A stretch of 64,000 bases of DNA from contig CAWFGE010000013.1 of assembly GCA_963815195.1 (NCBI GenBank), positions 160,001 through 224,000 on the forward strand, in the 5' to 3' direction. The stretch is from an uncultured Planctomycetaceae bacterium. Its GTDB lineage: Bacteria > Planctomycetota > Planctomycetia > Planctomycetales > Planctomycetaceae. The number at the start of each line of letters is the position of its first letter. Position 1 is the first letter of the stretch. Both the position numbers and the translations under genes were made by a program. The notes beneath the pieces are model-generated. The model searched no databases. It saw only the letters and a list, made by a program, of their open reading frames with translations, and was not told the origin of the DNA. Shown here in pieces: positions 32,544-43,682 of the stretch.

Positions 32544-33452
32544 GTGAGTCGCCTGAACGTTTCCCTGAACCGGCTCCAACTGGCCAACCCGATTCTGGTC
32601 GCCTCGGGCACCTTCGGCTATGCGCGGGAAATGCAGGCGTTTGTCCCCTTCGAAAAGCTCGGCGGCGTGATTCCCAAGACGATCACGCCGCAACCCCGCA
32701 TCGGAAACCCGCCTCCCCGCACCGTGGAAACCAGCAGCGGGATGCTCAATTCCATCGGCCTCGACAACGACGGCCTCGAAGCCTTCATCGACAAGCATCT
32801 GCATTATCTACTGGGGCTGGGCACCGCCGTCATCGCCAACATCGCCGGGCGGAATGTCGAGGAGTTCGTGGACATGGCCGCGCGGCTGGGCGAGTTCTCG
32901 AACCTGGCGGGGTTGGAACTGAATATCTCTTGCCCGAACGTCAGCGGCGGCGTGGATTACGGAACGGACCCCGCCTTGGCGAAAGACGTTGTGTCCGCCG
33001 TCCGCGGGGCGTGTTCGCTGCCGGTGATCGCGAAGCTCACTCCGAACGTGACGAACATCATCCCCATTGCCCAAGCCGTCGCCGACGCCGGGGCCGACGC
33101 CGTGTCCCTCATCAACACCGTCCAAGGCATGGCCGTCGATTGGCGGCGGCGCAAACCCATTCTGGGAAATACCTTCGGCGGCTTGAGCGGCCCGGCGATC
33201 AAGCCAATCGCCCTCCGCATCGTCTGCCAGGTCGCCCGGGCCGTGGATGTGCCCCTCATCGCCGTCGGCGGGATTGCCACGCTGGATGACGTGATGGAGT
33301 TTCTCGTCACCGGGGCGAGTGCGGTTCAAATCGGCACCGCAAACTTCTACAATCCAAGTCTCGCCCCGCGGTTGGTCGACGAACTGAACGAACTCGTGAT
33401 CGCCGAGGGGTGTCAACACATTCAAGAGTTCATCGGCACACTTCAAAAATGA
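32544..33452 (+). CDS. pyrD: Dihydroorotate dehydrogenase (class 1B catalytic subunit)
   Basis: [42 protein letters not shown]. Confidence 0.95.
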   Translation: MSRLNVSLNRLQLANPILVASGTFGYAREMQAFVPFEKLGGVIPKTITPQPRIGNPPPRTVETSSGMLNSIGLDNDGLEAFIDKHLHYLLGLGTAVIANIAGRNVEEFVDMAARLGEFSNLAGLELNISCPNVSGGVDYGTDPALAKDVVSAVRGACSLPVIAKLTPNVTNIIPIAQAVADAGADAVSLINTVQGMAVDWRRRKPILGNTFGGLSGPAIKPIALRIVCQVARAVDVPLIAVGGIATLDDVMEFLVTGASAVQIGTANFYNPSLAPRLVDELNELVIAEGCQHIQEFIGTLQK

Positions 33453-33570
33453 CCATGACGAGTCGGCTGGGCGAGCGTGGGGTGTCAGCCCGGGTGTCAG
33501 CCCCATGATGCTTTGAAATTGGTCATGCGGATTTGGTCAGTGAGATTTGTCTTTTGGAATTGAAGCCAAG

Positions 33571-34548
33571 ATGCGCGTACTGTCTGGAATCCAACCCACG
33601 GGGCGGTTTCATTGGGGGAATTATTTTGGGGCGATCCGCCAGTACATTTCGCTCCAAAATAACGATCAAGCGTTTTATTTCATTGCGGACCTCCACGCCC
33701 TGACCACCATCCGCGAGCCGGCGAGGCTTCGCGAGTTCACCCAGGAGGCGGCCATCGATTTGCTCGCGCTGGGCTTGAACCCGGAGCACGCCACGCTGTT
33801 TCGGCAATCGGACGTCCCGCAGGTCGCGGAACTGACCTGGCTGCTCATGACCGTGACGCAGATGCACCTCTTGGAAAAATGCCACGCCTACAAAGACAAA
33901 AAAGCCCGCGGCCTCGCGGCGGATGCCGGGCTGTTTACGTACCCGGTGCTGATGGCGGCGGATATTTTGATCTACGACAGCGACACCGTGCCCGTCGGCG
34001 TCGATCAGGTGCAGCACATTGAAGTCACCCGCGACCTCGCGGAGCGGTTCAATCATCTCTATGGCGAGACGTTTGTCCTGCCCGACGCCCACGTCATGGA
34101 AGCCGCCGCCAAAGTGCCCGGCACCGACGGCGAGAAGATGTCCAAAAGCTACGACAACGTGATCGAACTGTTTCTCCCGCCCAAAAAACTGCGGAAGAAA
34201 ATCATGTCGATCAAAACGGACTCCACGCCCGTGGAAGCTCCTAAAGATCCCGACGCGTGCGCGGTCTTCACGTTGTACAAGCTCTTCGCGGACGAAGAAG
34301 AACAAGCCGCGCTCGCGGAGCGTTACCGCGCGGGCGGGATGGGCTACGGCGAGGCGAAGCAGATGCTCTATGAAGCCGCCCTCAACTTTTTTGCCGAAGC
34401 CCGAGACCGCCGGGAGCATCTGGTCAACGATCCCGATATGGTGGAGAACATCCTGCAAACCGGGGCCGCCAATGCCCGCGAAAAAGCCCGCGAAGTTCTC
34501 GACCGCGCCCGCACCGCGTGCGGCCTCCGCAAAAGCCCGCTGCCTTAA
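33571..34548 (+). CDS. trpS: Tryptophan--tRNA ligase
   Basis: [38 protein letters not shown]. Confidence 0.97.
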   Translation: MRVLSGIQPTGRFHWGNYFGAIRQYISLQNNDQAFYFIADLHALTTIREPARLREFTQEAAIDLLALGLNPEHATLFRQSDVPQVAELTWLLMTVTQMHLLEKCHAYKDKKARGLAADAGLFTYPVLMAADILIYDSDTVPVGVDQVQHIEVTRDLAERFNHLYGETFVLPDAHVMEAAAKVPGTDGEKMSKSYDNVIELFLPPKKLRKKIMSIKTDSTPVEAPKDPDACAVFTLYKLFADEEEQAALAERYRAGGMGYGEAKQMLYEAALNFFAEARDRREHLVNDPDMVENILQTGAANAREKAREVLDRARTACGLRKSPLP

Positions 34549-34568
34549 ACGATTCGAGTCTTGATTCC

Positions 34569-35183
34569 GTGCCTGCCCATCAGCCTTCCGACCAAACTCC
34601 ACTGCCGCCCCCGCTTGGGCCCACGATCTGGCAGTGGGTGATTCTGAGCGTCCTGCTCGTGGGGACGATGGGCCTGGCGTTGGCCCATGCTCCGCCAGGT
34701 TGGCAGCGGCCGGGTCCCACGGCCCTGTTGTTCGCCGTCGCGGGAGGAGTTTTCATCGGCGGGATTGCCGTGGTCAATCGCATCAAAAGCCGCCGGCTGG
34801 TGTTCGCGGTGGCCTTTGCCGTGATCGCCGTGTCCATCGCCGGGATGACCGCCGAACGCTACCGCCTGTACGTCAAAAGCCTGGAAGAAACCTACCTTAG
34901 CCCGCCCCAGGCATCCAACCCCTCCGCGTTGTTCGAGAATTTCGAAGGCGGGCAGGCGGCCCAGGAACTGGCCCGCGAGATGCGCCGACAGGCTTACGAA
35001 GCCGAGCGCCCCTTTCGCGTGTACCTCGCGTTCCGCCTCCAGGCCCTGGGCATCAAAAACGAACCGTGGCCGTTGGTGTATTGGATCGGCGAACTCCTCC
35101 TCGGCGGACTCTTGGGCGCCTTGATCGCCGCCCGCTGGCACAAGTGGCAATGGGAATCGCAATCCCCCGCAGGGGGCACGTAA
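34569..35183 (+). CDS. Hypothetical membrane protein (about 4 TM)
   Basis: Hydrophobic segments and genome-like codon usage; directly follows trpS. Confidence 0.65.
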   Translation: MPAHQPSDQTPLPPPLGPTIWQWVILSVLLVGTMGLALAHAPPGWQRPGPTALLFAVAGGVFIGGIAVVNRIKSRRLVFAVAFAVIAVSIAGMTAERYRLYVKSLEETYLSPPQASNPSALFENFEGGQAAQELAREMRRQAYEAERPFRVYLAFRLQALGIKNEPWPLVYWIGELLLGGLLGALIAARWHKWQWESQSPAGGT

Positions 35184-35364
35184 GCCAAGAAGGCGAGCGC
35201 GGCATAATCGTTCGTGCGCGACCACAAATGAAAGACCGTGATCCAAACGCCATTCCGCAGTACAGGATGGATTATCGGGAGGGCATCGTGGTGGAACGAT
35301 TCCGAGATCGGCCGGTGTTCTCCAAAACCGGCGCACTGTTGGAACGAGGCAAACCGTCCAATGC

Positions 35365-35400
35365 AAAAAGCCTCAAAACCATTTGGTTTTGAGGCTTTTT
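35365..35400. terminator. Bidirectional terminator downstream of the tRNA
   Basis: AAAAAGCCTCAAAACCA-TT-TGGTTTTGAGGCTTTTT. Confidence 0.8.
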
Positions 35401-35404
35401 GGAA

Positions 35405-35477
<73 letters not shown>

Positions 35478-35687
35478 AACTGCTTGTATCGTAATGGGTT
35501 ACGTTGATTTCAGCAATGGTCTGGTTTGGTTTACAGTGGGGGGGGGTAATGACTAGGGCAATGAATGTTACGGTGACGCCTCGGATGTTTGATCCATCCG
35601 AGGCGTGTACCATCACCTAACCCCTGTGAAAAGATGAGGTGATGACATGACGAATCCTAGCAAACAAAAACCAAAGAACAAGCGAAG

Positions 35688-36581
35688 TCACGGAAATGGG
35701 AAGACGTCGGGTTTTTTGTAGCTCGTGAAGTGGCCGGCGCCCCGGGCCGTCCGCTGTTCCAACCCCCGCATTTGCTCGTCGGGGAACGGATGAAACTCAC
35801 AGGCGATTGCGAAGTTCTCATCGACTTCCGCAGGGGACCGGCAGCCGATGATCGCCGTGCTCACACCGGGCAACGACAGGCTGTACCCAAGCGCTTCGTC
35901 CGCGGTCAACGCGGCTTGGCCCAACCGATTGCCGGGACCGGATTGAAGCATGGTCCCTTGGGCATAGACCTTCATCGCCATCGTCCCCAAGCCTCGCTGG
36001 TGCGCTTCCGGAAGAACCGTTTCGATGAAGGACAGCCGATGTCGGTCGGCGGCGTTCAACGCCACCAAAACCGTATCGAAATCAAACCGCCGCATCGCTT
36101 CGATGAGCATCTCGGGGTCGTGATGCCCGGTGATTCCCAAGAACCGCACCCGGCCTTCGTCGCGGGCCTGGAGCAAGGCTTCCATCGCCCCGCCTGCGCC
36201 GAAAATGATCTCCAAATCCCCCGGCGTGCGGAGGTCGTGCAGTTGCCAGAGGTCAAGCCGGTCGGTCTGAAGCCGCTGAAGGATTTGATCCAACAGCCGT
36301 AACGATCCCTCCCGGCTTCGATCGTGGGTTTTGGAGGCAATGAAAACCTGGTCCCGGCGGCCGTCCAAGCCCTCGCCGAGGTAATCCAGACACCCGGCAT
36401 ACGCCGGCGCGGAGTCAAAGTAGTTGACGCCGCGGTCGAGCGCCCGGTGGATCACGCTCACGGCCTCCCGCATGCGGCCTTGGGTGCGCAGCACGCCCTC
36501 GCCGCCCAGGCCAAAAATGGTCACCTCTTGGCCGGTTCGGCCCAAAGGACGCTTGGGAATTTCGGTTCGATCGGTCATCAT
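35688..36581 (-). CDS. Aldo/keto reductase
   Basis: RPLGRTG, GVNYFDSAPAY, VFIASK, LDLWQLH, RFLGITGH. Confidence 0.9.
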   Translation of the reverse strand: MMTDRTEIPKRPLGRTGQEVTIFGLGGEGVLRTQGRMREAVSVIHRALDRGVNYFDSAPAYAGCLDYLGEGLDGRRDQVFIASKTHDRSREGSLRLLDQILQRLQTDRLDLWQLHDLRTPGDLEIIFGAGGAMEALLQARDEGRVRFLGITGHHDPEMLIEAMRRFDFDTVLVALNAADRHRLSFIETVLPEAHQRGLGTMAMKVYAQGTMLQSGPGNRLGQAALTADEALGYSLSLPGVSTAIIGCRSPAEVDENFAIACEFHPFPDEQMRGLEQRTARGAGHFTSYKKPDVFPFP

Positions 36582-36623
36582 GTCCCTCGCATGGGTTGCC
36601 GCGACTTGGTGATGGTCCCTTTG

Positions 36624-37542
36624 TCATTTGCCCAGAAACTTCAGAGTCACGCCTTTGAGTTCCAGCGTTTGATCTCCCGCCAGCGAAACCGTTTCGAGCG
36701 TCAGCCGTTGACGGCCCAGCGGCAAGGGGATTTTTCCCAAAGGGGTCCGGTAGCCGGCTTGCCGGAGAGCCTCCGCGATGGTGACTTCTTCAGGGCGCAT
36801 GGCTTCCTTGTTGTGCGTGACGCCCCACACGCCGCACCGCAGCGGATACCGCCCCGTGAGCAGCGCCGCCCGCGTCGGGGCACAAAACGAGTTGACGTAA
36901 AATCGCTTGAACTGGATCCCCGTCCGGCCGAGTTTGTCGATGTGGGAAATTTGATTTCCCCGCTCATCGAAGCCGAACACGGTCTCCCGTTTATTGTTCG
37001 GATCCACCGATCGCACGGTCGTAAGTTGAACAAGCATATGCACTGGCGCGACAGGCACAGCTATGTTTTCCGAGGCCTCAATGGTTAGAACTTAGGATGC
37101 CAGCAAAGAATCTCGTAAGATAGGATGCAATACCGTAGCTAAAAACGAACGCAAGGATTCCAAGGCTAATCAAAAGGAAGCCTTGATAATTTCGCCATAG
37201 AATCTCACGAATGCCATAGAATACGCTCAGACAACCCATGCCCAAAAAGGCTACAAGCAAAGCGAATCCAACTATTGGCAGGATCAACCAATAGAAAATC
37301 TTTAAAATAAGTTTAATAATTAGCGAAAGAGAGACCATTTCAACCTAGGTTTTGTGGGGCGTCTTGAGATAAGGATTGCCAGTGATGCTCAAATCACCGT
37401 ACCCTTGGTCGTCCGTGAGGATCAACAAAACATTCGGCCGCGGGCCGTCCCCAGCCGAAGGCTGCGCCGCATGAGCGGGAAACGGTTCCCGCAGCATCAG
37501 CAACAAACCAAGGAACCAGAACGCGGAGAGGTTACGAATCAT
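36624..37542 (-). pseudogene. Arylsulfatase remnant: split by an insertion and internally deleted
   Basis: Signal peptide and [18 protein letters not shown] (37354-37542) resume as IDKL...CAPTRAALLTGR...AGYRT (below 36947), then jump to a C-terminal-like tail. Confidence 0.85.
37078..37338 (-). CDS. AT-rich small membrane protein inside the sulfatase insertion
   Basis: 86 aa, strongly hydrophobic; base composition visibly lower in GC than the flanks. Confidence 0.55.
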   Translation of the reverse strand: MVSLSLIIKLILKIFYWLILPIVGFALLVAFLGMGCLSVFYGIREILWRNYQGFLLISLGILAFVFSYGIASYLTRFFAGILSSNH

Positions 37543-37715
37543 CGGGCCAGCTTTCTCTGGTTATGGTCATCCATTGAGCCAACAGTGTTAACCCCCAGTC
37601 TATCAGCGGCGTCGCGTTCAGGAAAATGAGTGCCAAGGCGGTTCACCGTTGAACCGGGAGCCTTCGAGAATTTGCGTTCCACAAACGCCAGCCCGGGGCT
37701 GACACGGATTTAACA

Positions 37716-37767
37716 TTGACGGACCTCCTACCGCTGTAGTACCATGCCCTCCTATTTGATTAGGAGG
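37716..37767 (+). promoter_or_regulatory. Promoter with BlaI/CopY-type operator and RBS-occluding hairpin
   Basis: TTGACG-N18-TACCAT; CTAC-cgct-GTAG palindrome (37728-37739) in the spacer; CCTCCTA-tttgat-TAGGAGG (37748-37767). Confidence 0.65.
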
Positions 37768-37775
37768 TCGCGTTC

Positions 37776-38168
37776 ATGGCTCGACATCATCACTTGGCCG
37801 AGTTGCAGTTGGCGATTATGCAGGTGCTGTGGGACCGGGGGGAGGCCACCGTCGCGGAAGTTCGCCAGGCTCTGGAACCGCAGCGAAAACTCGCCCACAC
37901 CACGGTGGGCACGATGCTGGCCAAGTTGGAAGAGGCGCATCGCGTGACCCACAAGAGCGACGGGCGCATGAATTTCTATCGGCCCTTGCTCGAGCGGGAC
38001 GAGGTCACGCGGTCGATGGTCAGCGACCTGGCGGAACGGCTGTTCGCGGGTGATGTGACCGAAATGTTCTGTCATCTCCTGGATACCGCCGAGGTGACGC
38101 CCGAGGAAATCCAGCGGCTCAAAAAGTTGATCCGCAGCAAAGAACGGGAGCTTAAGGATGGAACCTAG
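37776..38168 (+). CDS. BlaI/MecI/CopY family repressor
   Basis: LAELQLAIMQVLWDRGEATV.EV...LAHTTVGTMLAKLE. Confidence 0.93.
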   Translation: MARHHHLAELQLAIMQVLWDRGEATVAEVRQALEPQRKLAHTTVGTMLAKLEEAHRVTHKSDGRMNFYRPLLERDEVTRSMVSDLAERLFAGDVTEMFCHLLDTAEVTPEEIQRLKKLIRSKERELKDGT

Positions 38169-39763
38169 CCTGATGCCCACGGTCTTTGTGCTCTTTGTCA
38201 CCTGGTGGGTTCATTCCAGCCTGCTGTTGGGCGGGGCGGCGGTGCTTTCGATCTGGCACCGGACAATGCGGCCGCGCTCGAGGGAATGGTTGTGGAAAGC
38301 GGCCGTGGTCCTGCCTTGGCTGACCGCTCCGCTGCAATGCGGTTGGCAAAGCGGATTTGCGATCTGGCAATGGGAGTTGGCTCCGCAATCTGTTGAGGCT
38401 GTCCCGCCGAACGTTTTAAAGCCGCTATCTCCAATCGATTCCCCGAAACACTCCGACAGGCCGATTGCCAAAGCGGAGGAAAAGACCGATTGGCAGATCG
38501 AGATCATTCCCGCTGACCCGCCCGCGATTGCGGAGAAGCCGCGAGCCTCTTCGAAATCGCGGCGATCGTTGCCGAAACCGGCGTTTCCCGTTCGCGAAAC
38601 GGAAGCCGTTGCCGAGTCGCCGCCGTTGGAATTGCCCAGAACCGTTTCGGCAAGCCGTCCCGCCGAGATGTTCCCGCGAGGACAGAATCGAATCATCGAA
38701 CGATCAACCCGCGGATGCCCCGGCGATCGTTCCACCCCCAGAATCTCACCGGCAATGGCCTTGGTTTGTGCCGGCGTTTGTGGGAACGGTGCTGGCGATC
38801 GGAGTCTTGGGCGGATGCCGGTTGGTGTGGTTGTTGGTGTCGACGACGCGGATTATCAGCCGATCCCGCGAGCTTTCGACGCGACCGGCCCACCGCGAAT
38901 TGCATCGGCTGATCCAGCGGTGCGGGAAACGGATCGAGATTCGATTGGCGGAGTCGGAGGAAATCTCAATTCCCGCCGCCGGGGGTTTGTTGCGGCGGGT
39001 GATCTTGCTGCCCTTCGATGCCGAATCGAGATATCAACCGGAGGAATTGCGGGCGCTGCTCGCGCACGAGTTGGGCCATCATATGCGCGGGGATGTGTGG
39101 TGGTTGTGGCTGGGACGGGCCGTCTGCCACGTGTTGCCCTGGCAGCCTTTCAACTTTTGGGCGGTCAGGCAGTGGCAGCGAGCGGCGGAGCCCTTGTGCG
39201 ACGATTGGGCCGTCAGCCAAGACATCAGCCCAATCGCCTTGGCGAAATCCCTCACCACAGCGGCCCAATCGCAGCTGACGCGAACGGTCATCGGCCCCGC
39301 CGCCACGAGCGGCGCCTCGCAACTCGCCGACCGCGTGGAGCGATTGCTCGATCGCACCTCGAGCGCGACGCCGGGAGTCGGTCGCCGCCCCATGCTGTTG
39401 CTCACGGTCCTGTCGGCGTTTTGCATGATCGTCGTTTCCCCTGGGATTGTTCTGCACTCCGAGACAACGAAGCCGGAGCCGACGCCAAACGTGCCAGACC
39501 GCGGTCAAAAGGAAGAATTCTGGATCACGGAGACTCACGGCACCGGCTCTCTAACTCCAAACAAAAATCTTCCCTCGGAGACCACCATTCCACAAGACGT
39601 TGTGGAAGAACTCGAAACCACCGGAAGAGATTTGGAGCAGGCGATCCAATTGCTCGAAGCCGGCGATGAGGATCCCGAGCTCCGCGAAGTCGCCGATCGA
39701 TTAAGACAACGACTGGACGCGCTGCTCGTTAAGGCGCATCAAATTCAGAAGTCCAAAATGTGA
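38158..39763 (+). CDS. M56 family (BlaR1/MecR1-like) metallopeptidase (frameshift ~38675)
   Basis: N-terminal TMs; LAHELGH zinc motif; AEPLCDDWAV; no penicillin-binding domain. Confidence 0.88.
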
Positions 39764-39920
39764 GCGGTAGGCGCTAGCCTCCGGTTTCGATGGTTTCGAT
39801 AAAGCGTAATTCGCAAAGTCAACACCGGCGGCTAGCCACCCAAAGGGTACCCGGCCGCTCACGATTGCAGAATCAACACCGGCGGCTAGCCACCCAAAGG
39901 GTACCCGGCCGCTCGCGATT
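39763..39920. repeat. REP-like inverted unit plus a tandem duplication (48-bp unit, 54-bp period)
   Basis: TCAACACCGGCGGCTAGCCACCCAAAGGGTACCCGGCCGCTC(A/G)CGATT at 39819-39866 and 39873-39920; related inverted copy GAGCGGTAGGCGCTAGCCTCCGGTT at 39763. Confidence 0.85.
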
Positions 39921-40008
39921 AGAGGAATCCATTTGCAAGCACCTTAATCATTTCCCCGCCGACCACCCGGAAGGTTGGCTTGTCCCTTTGCTCGAAGGAA
40001 TCGCACGC

Positions 40009-42631
40009 ATGAAACTCACACGGACTTTTGGATTGTTGGCCTGCCTGTTTGGGATGGCCTGGATGGTCCAAGCCGAACCGCCCATGCCGAACGACAACAC
40101 GGGTGCTCCCGTCGTCTCGATCGCCCCACCAGCGTTGCCGCCCAAGGCCTCGGCGAAATCGATTCTGCTTCGCACTCAGGTCCTTTGGCTTCCCGCGGAG
40201 GGATTCAAGGACTTCGCGGACGGGCCGAGGTTATTTGGACTGCATGTCGGGAGGCACGATGCCAAAGCTTACCGATTCGCGGTGACTCAGACGTTGGGAG
40301 GAAAGATTCTCGCGGAGCCCGTGCTCATCACGAAAGATGGCCGGTCTGCCACGTTCGTCTCGGGCGGAGAAATTCCCGCTCTGGCTCCAGGAGAAAAGAA
40401 GACGCGGGCCGATTGGCTCGCGTTTGGAACCAGGTTGGAGTTTTTGCCGCGCCTCAAGTCCGACGGCAAAATCTGGATGCGGTTCCGATTTGAGCAAACC
40501 CACCGTGTCGAGGACAAACGCGAGGAAACAGACGCCAAGCCGACTCCAGGGGCGGTTCAAACGCTGGCGCTGACGGCCGGTGCGGTCAGCGAGGGCGTGG
40601 CCACGGTGAAGCCGGGCGAATCGGCATTCGCGATCATCCCCGATTCCAAGGAGGGGAACTCTCCCGCAAAGAGCGGTGGCCTGGTGATGGTCTTCACGCC
40701 GGAGGTTGTCGACAAGGATCCAAATGTCACGCCTGCTTCCGCGGAAGAACCGGCGGTCGAATCCGCCCCGCAGATCGAGATTCAAACCGCCAACACCGCG
40801 AAGCTGGATTACAACGGGCGGACCGATCTCGATTTGGAGATTTCCGAAACCGGAACCATTGAATCGCCCGAACCCATCCGCCGCGTTTCGGGATTTCGTG
40901 CCGACTTGATCAGTGTTTCCGCGTTGAGCCCTCAGCAGTTGAAAATCCAGGCGAAACAGGTGGGCTCCACCGAGTTGACCGTGACCGATGCGAACGGAAG
41001 AGTGTTTCATGCATTTGTCCAAGTCAAGCCGGCGTTGGGAGCCCGAGCGGTCAAAGAGACATTAAGCCGCTTGTTCCCCGCCGCCCAGGTGGATGTGATC
41101 CTGCTGAACGAGAGCCTGTTGCTCCGCGGGTCGGTCACCAAGGAAGAACACATCCAGCAAATCACGGAAGTTGCCGAGCAATACGCACCGAAAGTTTTGA
41201 ATCATCTGAAAATGGACCAAACAGCCGACCGGGAATCAGGAACCTCGAAAGGGGCGGTTCTACAACTTAAGTCGGTCGATTCTCAGCCGGCAAATGAAGC
41301 CGCGAACCCGGCTTCGCCCGAAACGCAGGAAAGCGATGTGCAAGAACTTCGCCAGGACATCCAGGCTTTGCATAAGGATGTGAAGCAGTTGATTGAACTC
41401 TTGAAGCATAGAGAAGCCCAGGCACCAAAAGCCGCGGTACAGCCTTTCGCTCCCAGCTATGCCGATCCGAACGAGCCTTTGCCCAGACGGAGCCTTCCCA
41501 ATCCGAACGTTCCCGTCCCCCGTGCTATCGCGCCGCCTCGGCCCTCGCCTGGCCCATCTTCCTTCGGGCCGGATCCGTTTCCGGAACCGCCCGAGCGCGC
41601 GCTGAAATCCCGGCAAGACAAGGTGCAAACCAGACCGCTGCCGAAAGATTTTCCCGCGAGCGCAATTGTTGCGGTGCGGACGGCGAGAATCTCTTCACCC
41701 AACGATCCCCAGGGCATCGTGCGGGACGAGACCTTGGGCTCCGGCGTGGTGATCGAGTCGGAACCGGGCAAAGCGATTGTCCTCACCGCGGCTCACTTGC
41801 TGAAGAACTACATTCCCGGAAAATACGTGTTGCAGGTCGGCGCGGAAGAAATTGGACAAATCGGAAATCGCAACCGCCGGCTTTTATCCCGCGACAGTGA
41901 TTCTGCAAGACGACAACGCCGACGTCGCTTTGCTGCGTGCGAAAGTGCCGTTCGCTTTGGACACGATTCCCTTGGCAACGCACAGCCTGCCTGAAAAAAA
42001 GAGCACCGTCCGCTCTGTGGGCTTTCGGGAAAAACACACCGACCCATTAGAGATGGCTCTTTCCCAACCGCCTCGCATGTTGAACAGCCAAGTGGTGGAG
42101 GTCGATCGGTATCACGGCACGGAGAATTTTGAGTTCGCCGGCCTCATCCCGCAAGGGTTCAGCGGGGCCGCGGTCTTGGATAAGGACGACGAACTCATTG
42201 GCCTGGCCGTTGCGATCGATCCGCAAAAAAACCGCACCGTGTGCAGCCCGGCGGCGGAGATCCGCAAGCTCCTGGCCGGCACCGAGACAACCACGCCGGC
42301 TTCGCCCGAACGACACCGGGCCGTGTCGGCGGCGGACCAGGATTTCCCTTCCCAACCGTGGGTGGCGAAGGCGAAATATATCCTCCGCACCGAGGAAGCG
42401 ACCTATTATTTCGATGAGTGGAGTCCGGATCATCAAGACCAAGCGGTTCTATTCAAGCCCTTTGCCATGAAGCGTTTTCCCAACGGGGATTCCTCCAAAA
42501 GCCCCCTGCGAATTGTCAGCGATTCGGCCCGGTTGCGGTTTGAAAAGGACGTTGCTCTCACCAGCCCCAATGGACCCGGCAAACTTCTCGAAGCGAAGTT
42601 CCTGGGCACCGTTTGCCGGTTCGAGCCCTAA
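40009..42631 (+). CDS. Secreted multidomain protein: secretin-like domain, pilus N-terminal domain, BON-like domain and trypsin-like protease (frameshift ~41850)
   Basis: Signal peptide; KILAEPVLITKDGRSATFVSGGEIP, FGTRLEFLP, VFTPEVV; GSTELTVTD; LLLRGSV; LTAAH / DVALLR / GFSGAAV triad. Confidence 0.75.
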
Positions 42632-42716
42632 TGCAAACTCAGCATTCGTCCCGCCGCGTGAACGCGAGGAACCCGCGTTGACGGAAACGATGTGCTGCGT
42701 CGCAACGGCAGGTCGG

Positions 42717-43628
42717 CTATTCATTAACGGTTTTCGTCCACTCGTGGTGCATAATGGAGGCAATCGCCACCGAGGCCAGGCGGGCCGCAGGTGGGTCCGA
42801 ACGCGACGGCAGGATGATGGGCACTTTCGCCCCGATCACAATCCCCGCCATCACGCCGCCGGCCAGGTACTCCAAATCTTTTGCGAGGATGTTTCCGGAG
42901 TTCAGCTCCGGTGCGAGCAGAATGTCGGCATCGCCCGCGACATCGCTGACGATTTCCTTGGTCTTTGCGGCTTCAAGCGAGATCGCGTTGTCGAACGCCA
43001 AGGGGCCATCGACCAGGGCGTGGCGAATCTGCCGCCGCTGCGCCATTTTGCTCAGACAGGCCGCATCGACCGTCGAGCCGATTTCCGGCTTGACCACTTC
43101 CACCGCCGAAAGGGCTGCGACTTTGGGCGTTTCCACGCCCAGCACGCGGGCCAGATCGACGGCATTCTGCACAATCGCCGCCTTTTGCATTAGATCGGGG
43201 GCGATATTGATGGCCGCATCCGTGATGAACAGCAGTTTGTGATACGACGCCAGATCAACCACGAAAACATGGCTCAGCCGCCGCGCCGTCCGCAGTCGGC
43301 TCAGCACCGGGTGCATCAACACGTCGGTGTGCAGCCAACCCTTCATCAGCCCAGTGACTTCGCCCGCGGACGCCAATTCCGTTCCTTGCCGCGCGGCGTC
43401 CTCTTCACTCATCGCATCGACGATGCGGCGCCCGTCCAGCGACACACCAACGGTTGCCGCCGTCGCTTCAATCCGCTGGCGGAGTCCGACAAACACCGGC
43501 GTCATCAGTCCCCGCTCCAGCGCCTGGGCGACCCCCTCCATCACATGTCGTTCGCCCGCATCCACCACTGCAATCGTCAACGGCGGAAGCTGCATGGCTC
43601 GTTCAATGAGTTTTTGAAGCCGCTGCAT
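42717..43628 (-). CDS. Phosphate acetyl/butyryl-transferase
   Basis: LMKG.LHT, ITDAAINIAP, VDGPLAFDNA, GNILAK, SRSD. Confidence 0.9.
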   Translation of the reverse strand: MQRLQKLIERAMQLPPLTIAVVDAGERHVMEGVAQALERGLMTPVFVGLRQRIEATAATVGVSLDGRRIVDAMSEEDAARQGTELASAGEVTGLMKGWLHTDVLMHPVLSRLRTARRLSHVFVVDLASYHKLLFITDAAINIAPDLMQKAAIVQNAVDLARVLGVETPKVAALSAVEVVKPEIGSTVDAACLSKMAQRRQIRHALVDGPLAFDNAISLEAAKTKEIVSDVAGDADILLAPELNSGNILAKDLEYLAGGVMAGIVIGAKVPIILPSRSDPPAARLASVAIASIMHHEWTKTVNE

Positions 43629-43682
43629 ATCGTTTCTCCTCTCGCCAAACGCGACGTCGATCTTCCCGAAGGTGATCGCAGA

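Noticed and set aside
39819..39920. Possible mini CRISPR array
   Set aside because: Only two units separated by 6 bp, no spacers and no cas genes
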